Origin: Desulfomicrobium sp.
Lineage (GTDB): Bacteria; Desulfobacterota; Desulfovibrionia; Desulfovibrionales; Desulfomicrobiaceae
DNA length: 64,000 nt
NCBI GenBank assembly: GCA_040768745.1
Contig: JAXGMI010000001.1
Coordinates: 288,001-352,000, forward strand
Reading direction: 5' to 3'
In this document: one piece after another, positions 50,383 through 60,585 of the stretch
Position numbering within the stretch: position 1 is the stretch's first letter
Layout: each line of letters starts with the position of its first letter
Notes under the pieces: generated by a model
Seen by the model: only the letters and a program-made list of their open reading frames with translations
Database searches by the model: none
Told to the model about the DNA's origin: nothing
Made by a program: the position numbers and the translations under genes

Positions 50383-51648
50383 TTATCCGATGATTTTTGC
50401 GACGGGTTCGACGATTCTCATGTACTTCCCGCCCGAGATGGCGCGAATGAGGACCTTGCTCCCATCCGGACTGAAGGAGGGGTCGAAGCACTGGTCGAAG
50501 CCCTGGCTGTATTCCCTGCCGTCCACCGCGATGGTGTACTTGCCCTTCTTCTCGACGCGGGCTGCGACATGCTTGCCGTCGGGAGAGAACACCGGCGCGA
50601 AGCACATGTCGTATGCGCCGCCCCAGGCCCTGTCATCGGCGAAGACCGTCCACTTGCCGTCCTGCTTGCCAAGGGCGGCAAGACGCCTGCCGTCGGGGCT
50701 GAAGGTCATGTCCATGACCATGTCGCCGAAGGTCGTGTTCCAAGTCTTGCCGTCCACGGCCAAGGTCCAGCGCCCGTATTCGGGGCAGACGATGGCGGCC
50801 AGCTTGTCGCCGGACGGACTGAACTGCTGCTGCCAGACCTGGAAGAACGACGGCTGCCAGATGACCTTGCCGTCCTGGGCCATGCCCCATTTACCGGACA
50901 GGCGCACCGGCGCCACGACCGACTTGCTCTTGGGATGGAACAGGGGCTCCCACACCTGGTTGAAGATGGCGTTCCAGGGCTTGCCGTCCACGACGATGGT
51001 GTAGTCGAACAGGTTGTGCCGCACCTGGGCGGCCACGGATGAATTGTCGGCGCTGAAGCGGGGGCTCCAGACGTTGACGAAATTGACGTCCCAGGCCTCC
51101 CCGTCCACGGCCACGGAGTAGATGCCTTCCTTGAACTTGAAGACCTCGGCCTGCCCCAGGGGGATGGTCTGCACCACGGCCGCGGTCTTTTGACCGTCTT
51201 CGCTCAGATGAAAATTGTTGGCGTTGGCATACAGGTTTTCCCAGGCCACGCCGTCCACGACCATGCCGTAGGTCATGGAGTCGGCGACGCAGCAGGCTAT
51301 GACCGACCCATCCTTGGAAAACATGGTGTTAAACAAAAAACCAAAGGTTTCCTCCCAGGCCTCGCCATCCACACACAGGGTCCAGTCTCCCTGGTCGTTG
51401 GCCAGCCCGGTCAGTCGCCCGTCTGGGGAATAGCGCAGATACCAGACGCGCTCGTAGCGGGGTTCCCAGCACGCGCCGTTCACACATACGCCGAACTCGG
51501 CGTCCCCGGTCTTGACCACGGCCGCCACCTGTTCTCCATCGGGGCTGGCCTGGTTCTCCTCGCGCCACTCGATGTCGCAGTCACATTGAGATAGGTCGGC
51601 CACGGTTCTGGAGCCAACGCTCCAATCCCAGGCAGAATACTCTGTCAT
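50383..51648 (-). CDS. tmcD: TmcD Trp-rich beta-propeller subunit
   Basis: Repeated VDGxxW / FSPDG units; first gene of the tmc operon. Confidence 0.88.
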   Translation of the reverse strand: MTEYSAWDWSVGSRTVADLSQCDCDIEWREENQASPDGEQVAAVVKTGDAEFGVCVNGACWEPRYERVWYLRYSPDGRLTGLANDQGDWTLCVDGEAWEETFGFLFNTMFSKDGSVIACCVADSMTYGMVVDGVAWENLYANANNFHLSEDGQKTAAVVQTIPLGQAEVFKFKEGIYSVAVDGEAWDVNFVNVWSPRFSADNSSVAAQVRHNLFDYTIVVDGKPWNAIFNQVWEPLFHPKSKSVVAPVRLSGKWGMAQDGKVIWQPSFFQVWQQQFSPSGDKLAAIVCPEYGRWTLAVDGKTWNTTFGDMVMDMTFSPDGRRLAALGKQDGKWTVFADDRAWGGAYDMCFAPVFSPDGKHVAARVEKKGKYTIAVDGREYSQGFDQCFDPSFSPDGSKVLIRAISGGKYMRIVEPVAKIIG

Positions 51649-52163
51649 ACACGCCCTCCTTACCAACTCGGTTAGGCCAAAGGCCGAACAACTTCATCAC
51701 CCCGTCCATGCCCGAAATTTAATTCAGACTTAGAAGGTCCAGAAAATACCATAAACGCAATATAACTCAAATTTTCGTGCAAAACGAATATGCTAGAAAA
51801 GCCATCGTGTAAACACCATTTTAATTTCATACTCGCATAGTCGACAATTTTTCGGATCAAAAGAATCAAACAAACATAAAGATTACGAGACAGATTCCGC
51901 ATTTCCGTGCAATGTTTTTATGAGGATGTGTTCCGTGCACAGGACACATGAGTCTCCACGCATGGGGCAGTGTGTTCGATACAACCTCCCGATCCTGATG
52001 CGTTGAGCGAATCGACAAGAGTGGCCGTGGCAGGCCTGCATGACGGGGAAAGGTTTCCTGTCCGGGGGATTGCTGGCTCATATCACGATTCAGCCTGCGG
52101 AAAGCAATGCCGGACGATCGTTGCGCACCGATCGCACGCCCGCATCGGAAGGCGCCTGGCATG

Positions 52164-52186
52164 AAAAAGCCCGGCAGAGCCGGGCT
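52164..52186 (-). terminator. Intrinsic terminator
   Basis: AGCCCGGC/GCCGGGCT stem followed by T5 on the minus strand. Confidence 0.65.
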
Positions 52187-52328
52187 GGAGGGAGGGGTGC
52201 GGCTGCAGAAGATGGCCGCGATGACGCTCTTGAGAGGTGAATGCGGCCCTGCTGGCGTTATTCCACCAAGAAAGGCTGCATTACAAAAAAGCTGGTTTTC
52301 AGGGAGTCCTGTTGAACTCTTCGCGAGA

Positions 52329-53102
52329 TCAACCCTCAATGGTATCCCTGGATGAATTTTCGACAGAAGCCGGGGGAAGGATCCCGCCGTTGGGGTGTCC
52401 CACCTCGATGGGCCGTGGAGCAACAATTTTCCCCTTGCTGTCGATCATGGTCTGCTCATCGAGGATGGCGATGCCGAGACGGGCCATGACCTCGCGCTTG
52501 TATTCGTACTCCATGTTTTTCTTGCGCAACTTGTAGTTGAGAACCATCCGCACCACGCCAAAGATGGTCCCGGCCACCAGAACGCAGCCCAATCCAATGA
52601 GGGCGACCCTGGCCGCAGCTTCCCCGAACCGGGCAAGGTACTGCATGATCGTGCCCAGGTTGTAGACCACCCCGATGAGCGCGCCCAGCAGAAGCAGCGT
52701 CAATAAAAAGGGGAGCTGAAAACAGAAGTTGGCCACCTTGGCCATCTTGCCGGCAAAGCCATCGAGTCTGTCCTCTTCAAAGATGGGCGCCCCGCGCTGT
52801 CCATACAGAAAGGAATTGAACGCCACGACCACGATCCCGACCAGAAAGGTGACGGCCACGGGCGCTGAAAAGGCCACCACGAAATAGGCGCTCCACGGGA
52901 AAGGAATGTCCACAGGCTTTCCTGTCACCGCCACTTCGTCGATACCCAGCTGGTAGACCCAACAGACCAGAAAAATGAGTACTTCAACTACAATCAGAAG
53001 CTGCACATATCTCTTGAAGAGGTCCTTGATCTCATAATGGTCGAACAGCGAAGCAATGCCTTTGCGCTGCTGTTCACCCTGCATAGTCTGTTTGTCCCCC
53101 AT
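52329..53102 (-). CDS. Hypothetical 4-TM membrane protein
   Basis: RBS GGAG before ATG 53102; four hydrophobic helices; charged C-tail. Confidence 0.8.
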   Translation of the reverse strand: MGDKQTMQGEQQRKGIASLFDHYEIKDLFKRYVQLLIVVEVLIFLVCWVYQLGIDEVAVTGKPVDIPFPWSAYFVVAFSAPVAVTFLVGIVVVAFNSFLYGQRGAPIFEEDRLDGFAGKMAKVANFCFQLPFLLTLLLLGALIGVVYNLGTIMQYLARFGEAAARVALIGLGCVLVAGTIFGVVRMVLNYKLRKKNMEYEYKREVMARLGIAILDEQTMIDSKGKIVAPRPIEVGHPNGGILPPASVENSSRDTIEG

Positions 53103-53453
53103 GCTATCTCCATACCGCCCTGCAATGGTCACAGGCGGAATCCTTCCATGTTTCCGGCGCCCACTCTCTCCCGCCTCTGTCCATCCGCACCAGCCGATCC
53201 GGTTCCGCGATACGCCGGGACAATGAGATGGCGCCTCCAACGCTTGAGTTCCTGCCTGCTCTGCATTAGGGATTCGACACAATCGCCGGGCATCAGGCCG
53301 ACCATCCCCGCGTCGTTCCCTCAAGCACATGAATGCGTCCATGAGCCGTAATGAAAGCAGCGTCATCGCAGCAGGTGCGGGCGGTTATGCCGCAGCTCTT
53401 CCTGCCCGTCAAAGAGGAAAAATGGCCCTTTCTCAGAATTTTACGGGGCAGAC

Positions 53454-54086
53454 ATGAGACAAGGACCCTTCCGGGCCATCCTGCCCCTGGTCCTGGCCTC
53501 GGCTTCTCCGCGGCGACAGGCCATCCTGGCGACACAGGGGCTTTGTTTCGAGGTCATTCCCAGCAGCGTGAAGGAACCCCTTGCTGCATCAGGAGAGTCC
53601 CCGGAGGACTATGCGGCCCGCATGGCCTGCCTCAAGGGTCAGGATATCGCAGGCAGGCACCCTGACAAGATCGTCATCAGCGCCGACACCATCGTGGTCC
53701 AGGGGGGGACCATCCTGGGCAAACCCCGAAATGTTGCCCACGCCCTGGACATGCTGGCCTCCCTCTCCGGCGGATGGCACGAAGTCATGACCGGATTCTG
53801 CGTTCTGCATGCCCACAGACAGGTGTCCCACTGCCGAACGGTGACCACCCGGGTGCACATGGCTGCCAACACCCCGGACATGCTCGCGGCCTACGTGGCC
53901 ACAGGGGAACCCATGGACAAGGCCGGGGCCTACGGCATCCAGGGTATCGGGGCCTGCCTGGTGGACGAGGTGCAGGGCTCCTATACCAATGTGGTGGGCC
54001 TGCCCCTGCGCTCGGTCCTCAACGCTCTCCTCGAAATCGGCGCCATCGGAGTGGTCGATGCTCACGCCCTTGCCCCGGCCCCATAG
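53454..54086 (+). CDS. maf: Maf-family nucleotide pyrophosphatase
   Basis: LASASPRR, ADTIV, GKP, DKAGAYGIQ, NVVGLP. Confidence 0.95.
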   Translation: MRQGPFRAILPLVLASASPRRQAILATQGLCFEVIPSSVKEPLAASGESPEDYAARMACLKGQDIAGRHPDKIVISADTIVVQGGTILGKPRNVAHALDMLASLSGGWHEVMTGFCVLHAHRQVSHCRTVTTRVHMAANTPDMLAAYVATGEPMDKAGAYGIQGIGACLVDEVQGSYTNVVGLPLRSVLNALLEIGAIGVVDAHALAPAP

Positions 54087-54546
54087 CCTTCTCGACTGGG
54101 CGGCCCAATTTGCCGCCACCCTCGGACCGACTGGCCGCATGCCCAGGGCGCCTGGCACCTGGGGCTCCTTTGCAGCGGCTGTGCTCGCTCCCATCCTGTT
54201 CCTGCCCCTGCCCTTGTGGGCCCGAATCCTGACTCTGATCCTGCTTTTTCCCTTGGGCGCATGGTGCGCGTCGCGGGCCGAACGCACCCTGGGCTGCAAG
54301 GATCCGTCCTGCGTGGTGGTTGACGAACTGTGGGGACAGTGGATCACTCTGCTCCCCCTGCCGGCCGATGCGGCCTGGTGGATCATCCCGGCCTTCCTCC
54401 TGTTCCGGCTCTTCGACATCGCCAAGCCCTGGCCGGTACGCGCCTCGGAGCGCTGGTTGCCCGGGGGCTGGGGCATCATGATCGACGACGGCTTCGCCGG
54501 GCTCTACGCCCTGCTTCTGCTCTTCCTGGCCCGCATCCTGGTCTGA
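54058..54546 (+). CDS. pgpA: Phosphatidylglycerophosphatase A
   Basis: APGTWGS, DPSCVVVDE, FRLFDIAKPWP, GIMIDD. Confidence 0.95.
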   Translation: MLTPLPRPHSLLDWAAQFAATLGPTGRMPRAPGTWGSFAAAVLAPILFLPLPLWARILTLILLFPLGAWCASRAERTLGCKDPSCVVVDELWGQWITLLPLPADAAWWIIPAFLLFRLFDIAKPWPVRASERWLPGGWGIMIDDGFAGLYALLLLFLARILV

Positions 54547-54548
54547 CC

Positions 54549-56981
54549 ATGTCCGCCCTGCCCATCGACACCATCCTGCCGGACATCTCCCGCGCCCTGG
54601 CCGGGGACCGGGCCTGCGTAGTCCACGCCCCGCCCGGAAGCGGCAAGACGACCCGCATTCCCCTGGCCCTCATGGACACCCCCTGGCTCGCGGGCCGCAA
54701 GATCCTCATGCTCGAACCCAGACGCTTGGCCGCGCGGGCCGCGGCCCGCTACATGGCGGGCCTCGTCGGGGAGAAGGTCGGGGAGCGGATCGGCTACCGC
54801 ACACGGCTCGACCTGCGCATTTCCCGCCAGACCCGTCTGGAGGTAGTCACCGAGGGCATCCTGACCCGCATGCTCCAGCATGACCCCGAGATCACGGGCT
54901 ACGGCTGCGTCATCTTCGATGAATTTCACGAGAGGAGCCTGCAGGCCGACCTGGGCCTGGCCCTCTGCCTGGAGGTCCGCTCGGCCCTGCGGCCTGATCT
55001 GCGCCTGGCGGTCATGTCGGCGACCCTGGACGTGGAGCCAGTGGCCAAGCTGCTCGCGCCCTGCCCCATCCTGTCATGCCCAGGCCAGCCCCACCCGGTG
55101 GACACGCGCTACCTGCGCCTGGCCGAGCGTTTCGTGGAGGAGCGCATGGCCAAAGCCATCCGCCACGCCCTGGCCACGGAAGCGGGAAGCATCCTGGCCT
55201 TCTTGCCTGGAGCCAGGGAGATCGAGCGCACCCGTGATCTGTTGGACGGCCTCGGGCCGCAGGTATCGGTCTTGCCCCTCCTCGGGGCCCTGACGACCGT
55301 CGAGCAGGACCAGGCCATTGCCCCTGCCCCGGCCGGGACCCGCAAGGTCGTTCTGGCAACGTCCATTGCCGAAACCTCTCTGACCATCGAGGGCATACGT
55401 GTCGTGGTCGACAGCGGTCTGTCCCGGCTGCCCCGCTTCGAACCCCGCAGCGGCATGACCCGCCTGGTCACCGAACCATCCTCCCTGGCAACGGCCGTTC
55501 AACGCCAGGGCCGGGCCGGCCGCACCGGCCCCGGCGTGTGCATCCGGGTCTGGGACCAGGACGACGAGATCAGCCGCAAACCCTTTGCCGTGCCGGAAAT
55601 CATGGAGGCCGATCTGACCCCGTTGCTCCTGGACCTGGCTTGGTGGGGCGCAGCGGACCCCGGTCAGCTGACCTGGCTCACGCCACCGCCTCCAGGCGGC
55701 ATTGCCAGCGCTACCGCCCTGCTGCAACGTCTCGGACTGCTTGACGGCCAGGGACGCATCACGGGCCACGGTCGCGAAGTGGCCAGGCTTCCCCTGCACC
55801 CTCGCCTCGGGCACATGATCCTGGCTGCGGCCCGCCACGGCCTTGGTTCCACTGCCGCCCTCCTGGGGGCCATCCTGGCGGAGCCCAACCGGATCATGCG
55901 AGAAGGGCCGGACCTGCGCGCCGCCCTTTCCCGCCGGACACGGCTGCCCGAGCCTGTGCGCCAGGGCCTGGACCAGATCCTTCGCCTGGCCTCCATACCG
56001 CCGGGAGGAAAGGAACCCGAAGCAGCGGGGCTGTTGACGGCCCTGGCCTACCCGGACCGCATCGCCCGCCGCCAGCCGGACGGATCGTACCGCCTTACTT
56101 CCGGACGCAAGGCGGTCTGGCCCGGGCCGTGCCCCCTGGCCGCGGAAGAATTCCTGGCCGTGGCAGAGCTCGACGGAGACGCCGACAACGCCAGAATCTG
56201 GCAGGCTGCCCCGCTGTCATGGAAAGAGATCGAGACGATTTTCAAGGAAAGGATGCGCTTCGAGGACGAGGTGCGCTTCGACCCCGCCCTGGACCGCGTG
56301 GTCAGCCGGCGCAAGCTGATGCTCGACGCCCTGTGCCTGCGGGAAGAGCCGCTGCCGGCGGACGCGGTCGCCCTGACCCGGGCCCTGCTTGCTGGCCAGA
56401 AGGATCCCTCGCGCCTGCCGTGGGATGACCAGTGCCGCAGCCTGCGCGACCGGGTCCGCTTTCTGCGAGGCCTGGACGAGGCGTCCTGGCCCGACCTGTC
56501 CGACGTCGCCCTCATGGCATCCCTGGCCGACTGGCTCGGACCCTTCGCCTCCGGCGCCCGCTCCACGGCGGACCTCGCCAGGATTCCGCTCCTGCAGGCT
56601 CTGAAGCATCTGATCGGATGGGATAAACTGAAGACTCTGGACCGCATGGCCCCGGAATTTCTCGAAGTGCCGTCGGGCGCCAGACGACGCGTGGACTACT
56701 CGCCGGAATCCGGCCCCGCCCTGCCCGTCAAGCTGCAGGAGATGTTCGGCTGCGCCGACACCCCTACCTTGGCCGACGGCCGCCACGCCCTGGTCCTGCA
56801 TCTGCTCTCCCCGGCCGGGCGGCCGCTGCAGGTCACCCGCGACCTGCCGTCCTTCTGGAAGAACGGCTACCCCCTCGTGCGCGCCGAAATGCGCGGCCGC
56901 TACCCCAAGCACCCTTGGCCCGAAGACCCGACTTCGGCCATACCCACGGCCAAAACCAAGAAGGCCGTGACGCCCCGATAA
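54549..56981 (+). CDS. hrpB: ATP-dependent RNA helicase HrpB
   Basis: APPGSGKTT, DEFHER, MSAT, QRQGRAGR, C-term LSPAGRPLQVTRDL..GRYPKHPWP. Confidence 0.95.
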   Translation: MSALPIDTILPDISRALAGDRACVVHAPPGSGKTTRIPLALMDTPWLAGRKILMLEPRRLAARAAARYMAGLVGEKVGERIGYRTRLDLRISRQTRLEVVTEGILTRMLQHDPEITGYGCVIFDEFHERSLQADLGLALCLEVRSALRPDLRLAVMSATLDVEPVAKLLAPCPILSCPGQPHPVDTRYLRLAERFVEERMAKAIRHALATEAGSILAFLPGAREIERTRDLLDGLGPQVSVLPLLGALTTVEQDQAIAPAPAGTRKVVLATSIAETSLTIEGIRVVVDSGLSRLPRFEPRSGMTRLVTEPSSLATAVQRQGRAGRTGPGVCIRVWDQDDEISRKPFAVPEIMEADLTPLLLDLAWWGAADPGQLTWLTPPPPGGIASATALLQRLGLLDGQGRITGHGREVARLPLHPRLGHMILAAARHGLGSTAALLGAILAEPNRIMREGPDLRAALSRRTRLPEPVRQGLDQILRLASIPPGGKEPEAAGLLTALAYPDRIARRQPDGSYRLTSGRKAVWPGPCPLAAEEFLAVAELDGDADNARIWQAAPLSWKEIETIFKERMRFEDEVRFDPALDRVVSRRKLMLDALCLREEPLPADAVALTRALLAGQKDPSRLPWDDQCRSLRDRVRFLRGLDEASWPDLSDVALMASLADWLGPFASGARSTADLARIPLLQALKHLIGWDKLKTLDRMAPEFLEVPSGARRRVDYSPESGPALPVKLQEMFGCADTPTLADGRHALVLHLLSPAGRPLQVTRDLPSFWKNGYPLVRAEMRGRYPKHPWPEDPTSAIPTAKTKKAVTPR

Positions 56982-57082
56982 GGAGCCCCCTGCACCCCTT
57001 GCATCTATTTTTTCCTCATCCGGCACACGGCTCAAGGGTTCCGTCGCGCCAACCGGAGCGCATCCCATCATCCCCAGAAACG

Positions 57083-57108
57083 TGGGTCCCCGCCTTCGCG
57101 GGGATGAC
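57083..57108. repeat. Single REP/dRS3-like palindromic element
   Basis: TGGGTCCCCGCCTTCGCGGGGATGAC (reverse GTCATCCCCGCGAAGGCGGGGACCCA) between convergent hrpB and selB. Confidence 0.65.
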
Positions 57109-57222
57109 GCCGGGCTGCTCCCGGGAGTCTTGATCACCGCCAACACGAGATCATACAGAAACCGCTTCAAGCAGTCTTTCTGATCTGAGGCCGTATGACG
57201 ACGCTTCCCGCACCATCGACTG

Positions 57223-59127
57223 CTACCGCTTCCTGAGCTGCCGCTTGTCCCCGATGCGCATGGTGATCTTCTCCTTGTCCAGGTACTCGAGCACCGGGAT
57301 GGCGAACTTGCGGGTCAATTCCGTCAGGTCGCGGAAATCCTGCGGCCCCATTTCCTGGTGGGATTCGAAAAAGCCCCTCACCCGGCCGATGATGTCGTCC
57401 ATGGCCGTACGGGCGTAGTAGAACTCCTCGCTGATCTTGACCAGTACGCCCTCCTCCAGGAGAAGGCGGTACATCTGCGCCGTGTCCTTGGCCTGCAGGT
57501 TGTTGTCCTCCAGGAAAGCCTTGGTCGTTGGCGGCATGAGCCCGGCCTGCACATACGTCGACTCCATGAGCGCGCGCAGACCCGACTGGTCCGAGGCCAG
57601 GGACACCGTATGTCCGGGCAGGCGCACGATGTCGCCTTCAAGGTGGATCTGACCGGACTTCACCAGCCGTTCGACCAGAAAATGCACCAGCTTGGGATGC
57701 AGGGTTTGGCCGAAACTGGTGACCAGCTCGGCCCGGGAGATGCCCTGACGCATGGGTTCGCGGCGGTGGTATTCGGCCACGTAGGCCATGCAGTCCTGAC
57801 CCAGGGATTCCAGCACATCCGCGCCAACGAAGCGCCTGTCCTCCTTGTCGAACTGGAACGCGAGCTGCCTGCCGCCCAACAGCTGCAATGTCTTGTCCAG
57901 AAGCTTTGATTCCATGTCCGTCATGATCCTGAGCTCCGGCACGGTCAGCCCGTTGCGTCCGGCCAGACGCAACTGGGCGAGGAGCAGCTCCTCGCCGGTC
58001 ATGGAACCCAGTGCGGCAAGGGTTTCCATTGCCTTGGATTGGCGGCGGACCTTGCGGCCCAGGGGGTTGATGATGCGCCCCCCGGCCACGGTCTGCAGGG
58101 GAGAAAAGGAACGGACAATGCAGCGGTCCCCGAACACACCCGGCAGAGGTTTGGGAAAGCGGACCTGACAGACGGCCGTCTGGCCCGGCTCGAGCTTGTC
58201 GCGGTCCAGGAAGAAAAGTTTAGCCAGAATCTCGCGCGATCCGTGATGAAAATGCACCTCCGTGCGGTGCTTCAGGGGATTGGGCGAAGAGGACAGGCAG
58301 CTCAGCTCCACATCCCAGACCATGGAAGGGAACAGGGTCTGGGGATGGGCCAGAATCTCGCCTCGCTCCAGATCATCCACGTCCAGGCTGTGCAGGTTGA
58401 CGGCAGTGCGTTCCCCGGCCCGGGCCACCTCGCTGGCCACACCGTGGACCTGCAGACCGCGCACCTTGGACTTGAGGCCGGCCGGAAAGATTTCCACGTC
58501 CTCCCCGGCCTTGAGCGACCCGGAAATGGTCGTGCCGGTAATGACTGTGCCGTGCCCCTTCATGGTGAACACGCGATCGATGGGCAGACGGAACAGGTCG
58601 GAACGCCGGTCCGGGGTGAAGGAGCTCGCCAGTTCAACGATGTGGCCCCGCAACTCCTCCAGCCCTGTGCCGGCATGGGCCGAAACCGGCACAATGGGCG
58701 CTCCCTCCAGGAAGGTCCCGGCCAGATAGGCGCCGACTTCCTCCAGTACCAGTTCCAGCCAGTCTCCCTCCACCATGTCCGTCTTGGTCAGGGCCACCAA
58801 TCCGGACCGGATGCCCAGCAGAGAACAGATTTCCAGATGCTCGCGGGTCTGGGGCATAACCCCTTCGTCCGCGGCAATGACCAGAAGCACAAAATCTATT
58901 CCCGCCGCACCGGCAACCATGTTCTTGACGAAACGCTCATGGCCGGGAACGTCGATGATGCCCAGGCGTAATTGTGGGTTGAGATCCAGATAGGCAAAGC
59001 CCAGCTCGATGGTGATGCCCCGCTTCTGTTCCTCTGCCAGACGGTCGCAGTTGATGCCGGTCAACGCCTTGATGAGACTTGTCTTGCCGTGATCAATATG
59101 TCCGGCTGTACCCATGATGACGGGCAT
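57223..59127 (-). CDS. selB: Selenocysteine-specific elongation factor
   Basis: GTAGHIDHGKT, RGITIELG, DVPGHE, C-terminal wHTH TRKFAIPVLEYLD. Confidence 0.97.
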   Translation of the reverse strand: MPVIMGTAGHIDHGKTSLIKALTGINCDRLAEEQKRGITIELGFAYLDLNPQLRLGIIDVPGHERFVKNMVAGAAGIDFVLLVIAADEGVMPQTREHLEICSLLGIRSGLVALTKTDMVEGDWLELVLEEVGAYLAGTFLEGAPIVPVSAHAGTGLEELRGHIVELASSFTPDRRSDLFRLPIDRVFTMKGHGTVITGTTISGSLKAGEDVEIFPAGLKSKVRGLQVHGVASEVARAGERTAVNLHSLDVDDLERGEILAHPQTLFPSMVWDVELSCLSSSPNPLKHRTEVHFHHGSREILAKLFFLDRDKLEPGQTAVCQVRFPKPLPGVFGDRCIVRSFSPLQTVAGGRIINPLGRKVRRQSKAMETLAALGSMTGEELLLAQLRLAGRNGLTVPELRIMTDMESKLLDKTLQLLGGRQLAFQFDKEDRRFVGADVLESLGQDCMAYVAEYHRREPMRQGISRAELVTSFGQTLHPKLVHFLVERLVKSGQIHLEGDIVRLPGHTVSLASDQSGLRALMESTYVQAGLMPPTTKAFLEDNNLQAKDTAQMYRLLLEEGVLVKISEEFYYARTAMDDIIGRVRGFFESHQEMGPQDFRDLTELTRKFAIPVLEYLDKEKITMRIGDKRQLRKR

Positions 59128-59136
59128 GGATCCTCC

Positions 59137-60501
59137 CTAGCTGAGATAGAATGCGGTGTAGGCCTGCACCGTGGCGTACAGGTCGGCCTTGGAACTGACC
59201 TCGAACGGACTGTGCATGGACAGGACTCCGGGACCGAAATCAATGATCTCCATACCGTACACGGCCAGTTCCTTGGCCACGGTGCCGCCGCCACCCTCGT
59301 CCACCTTGCCCATCTCGGCCATCTGCCAGGGAATGGCGTCTCTGGCCAACAGGGCGCGGAACCAGGCCACATATTCGGCATCGGCCTCACTGGCCCCGTA
59401 CTTGCCCCCATGGCCGGTGAACTTGGAAAAGACAGGTCCGAAGCCCAGGAGCGAGGCATTGTATTTGTCGTGCACGTCCTGGTAGTCGGGGTCCATGGGC
59501 GCATGCACGTCGGCGGACACGGCCTTGCTCCGGCCCAGGACATGGCGCAGCCGTGCTGCAGGCTCCCAGGCTTCCATAATATCGGTCAAGGCATATTCCA
59601 TGAACCGGGACTTGGCACCCGTGGCCCCGTCGGAACCGATCTCCTCCTTGTCCCATAAAAGAAGCACCTGGGTGTGCGCGCTTGCGGGTGCGTCAATGAA
59701 TGACTTGAACGCGGCGAACACACACAGACGGTCATCCTGACCGTATCCGCCCACAAGTCCCCGGTCCAGGCCCACGAAGCGGGCCTTGCCCGCCGGCACG
59801 ATCTGCAACTCGGCGCTGAACAGATCTTCCTCGCGGAATCCGTACCGGGCATGCAGCAATTCCAGCACGTTCTGGCGTACCCTGGATTCCTTGCCGCCCA
59901 GGGACGGCATATGGCCCACGGCCACGTTCAGTTTTTCGGCCACAAAGGCCTTTTCCACGGTCTCTTCCCTCTGTTTGCGGGACAGATGCGGGAGCAGATC
60001 CAGGACGGTCAAGACCGGATCCTCGTCGTCCTCGCCGAGACAGACCGAAACCACGCTGCCGTCAACCAGAGCCACGGTGCCATGCAGGGCCAGGGGCCGG
60101 GCCAGCCACTGGTATTTCTTGAGGCCCCCGTAGTAGTGGGTTTTCATCAGCCCCACCTGACATTCCTCATGCAGGGGATGCTGCTTCAGATCCAGATGCG
60201 GGGTATCCACATGCGCCGTGATGAGGCGCAACCCCTCGGCCAGGGGATTTTTCCCCCGCCTGGCCAGAAGCACGGCCTTGCCCCGGAACGGCAGGACAAC
60301 GGCGCTCTGGTGGATGTCCTCGGAAAAACCACGGGCTTTGGACTGTTCCAGGGCCCACTGCACTGTTTCGCGTTCCGTCTTGCAGCGGGTCAGGAAATCC
60401 ACGTATTCTCCGGCCAGTGCATCCATGGCCCGCATTTCTGTTTCCGAGCCATAGCGATCCCAGCAGTTCCTTCCCTTATGGTCCAACGCCTCGTCCATCA
60501 C
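59137..60501 (-). CDS. M18-family aminopeptidase
   Basis: AHVDTP, YYGG..YQW, GQDDR, DKEEIGS, GGGT, MHSP.E. Confidence 0.92.
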   Translation of the reverse strand: MMDEALDHKGRNCWDRYGSETEMRAMDALAGEYVDFLTRCKTERETVQWALEQSKARGFSEDIHQSAVVLPFRGKAVLLARRGKNPLAEGLRLITAHVDTPHLDLKQHPLHEECQVGLMKTHYYGGLKKYQWLARPLALHGTVALVDGSVVSVCLGEDDEDPVLTVLDLLPHLSRKQREETVEKAFVAEKLNVAVGHMPSLGGKESRVRQNVLELLHARYGFREEDLFSAELQIVPAGKARFVGLDRGLVGGYGQDDRLCVFAAFKSFIDAPASAHTQVLLLWDKEEIGSDGATGAKSRFMEYALTDIMEAWEPAARLRHVLGRSKAVSADVHAPMDPDYQDVHDKYNASLLGFGPVFSKFTGHGGKYGASEADAEYVAWFRALLARDAIPWQMAEMGKVDEGGGGTVAKELAVYGMEIIDFGPGVLSMHSPFEVSSKADLYATVQAYTAFYLS

Positions 60502-60530
60502 GATCCCCTCACTGGCTCAGCCGCACAAAG

Positions 60531-60562
60531 AAAAAAAGGGAGCGGAATCGCTTCCTGCTCCC
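60531..60562 (-). terminator. Intrinsic terminator after rubredoxin
   Basis: GGGAGC(A)GGAA/TTCCGCTCCC stem followed by T7 on the minus strand. Confidence 0.75.
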
Positions 60563-60585
60563 CTCTGGAAATCCCAAGAATGACA

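Noticed and set aside
50383..51648. Recurrent CCGTCCAC / GTGGACGG DNA repeats
   Set aside because: They encode the VDG units of the TmcD propeller; no repeat-spacer structure
51866..51950. 27-codon ORF MCPVHGTHPHKNIARKCGICLVIFMFV with a GGAG upstream
   Set aside because: Atypical codon usage and no recognisable homology; cannot be supported
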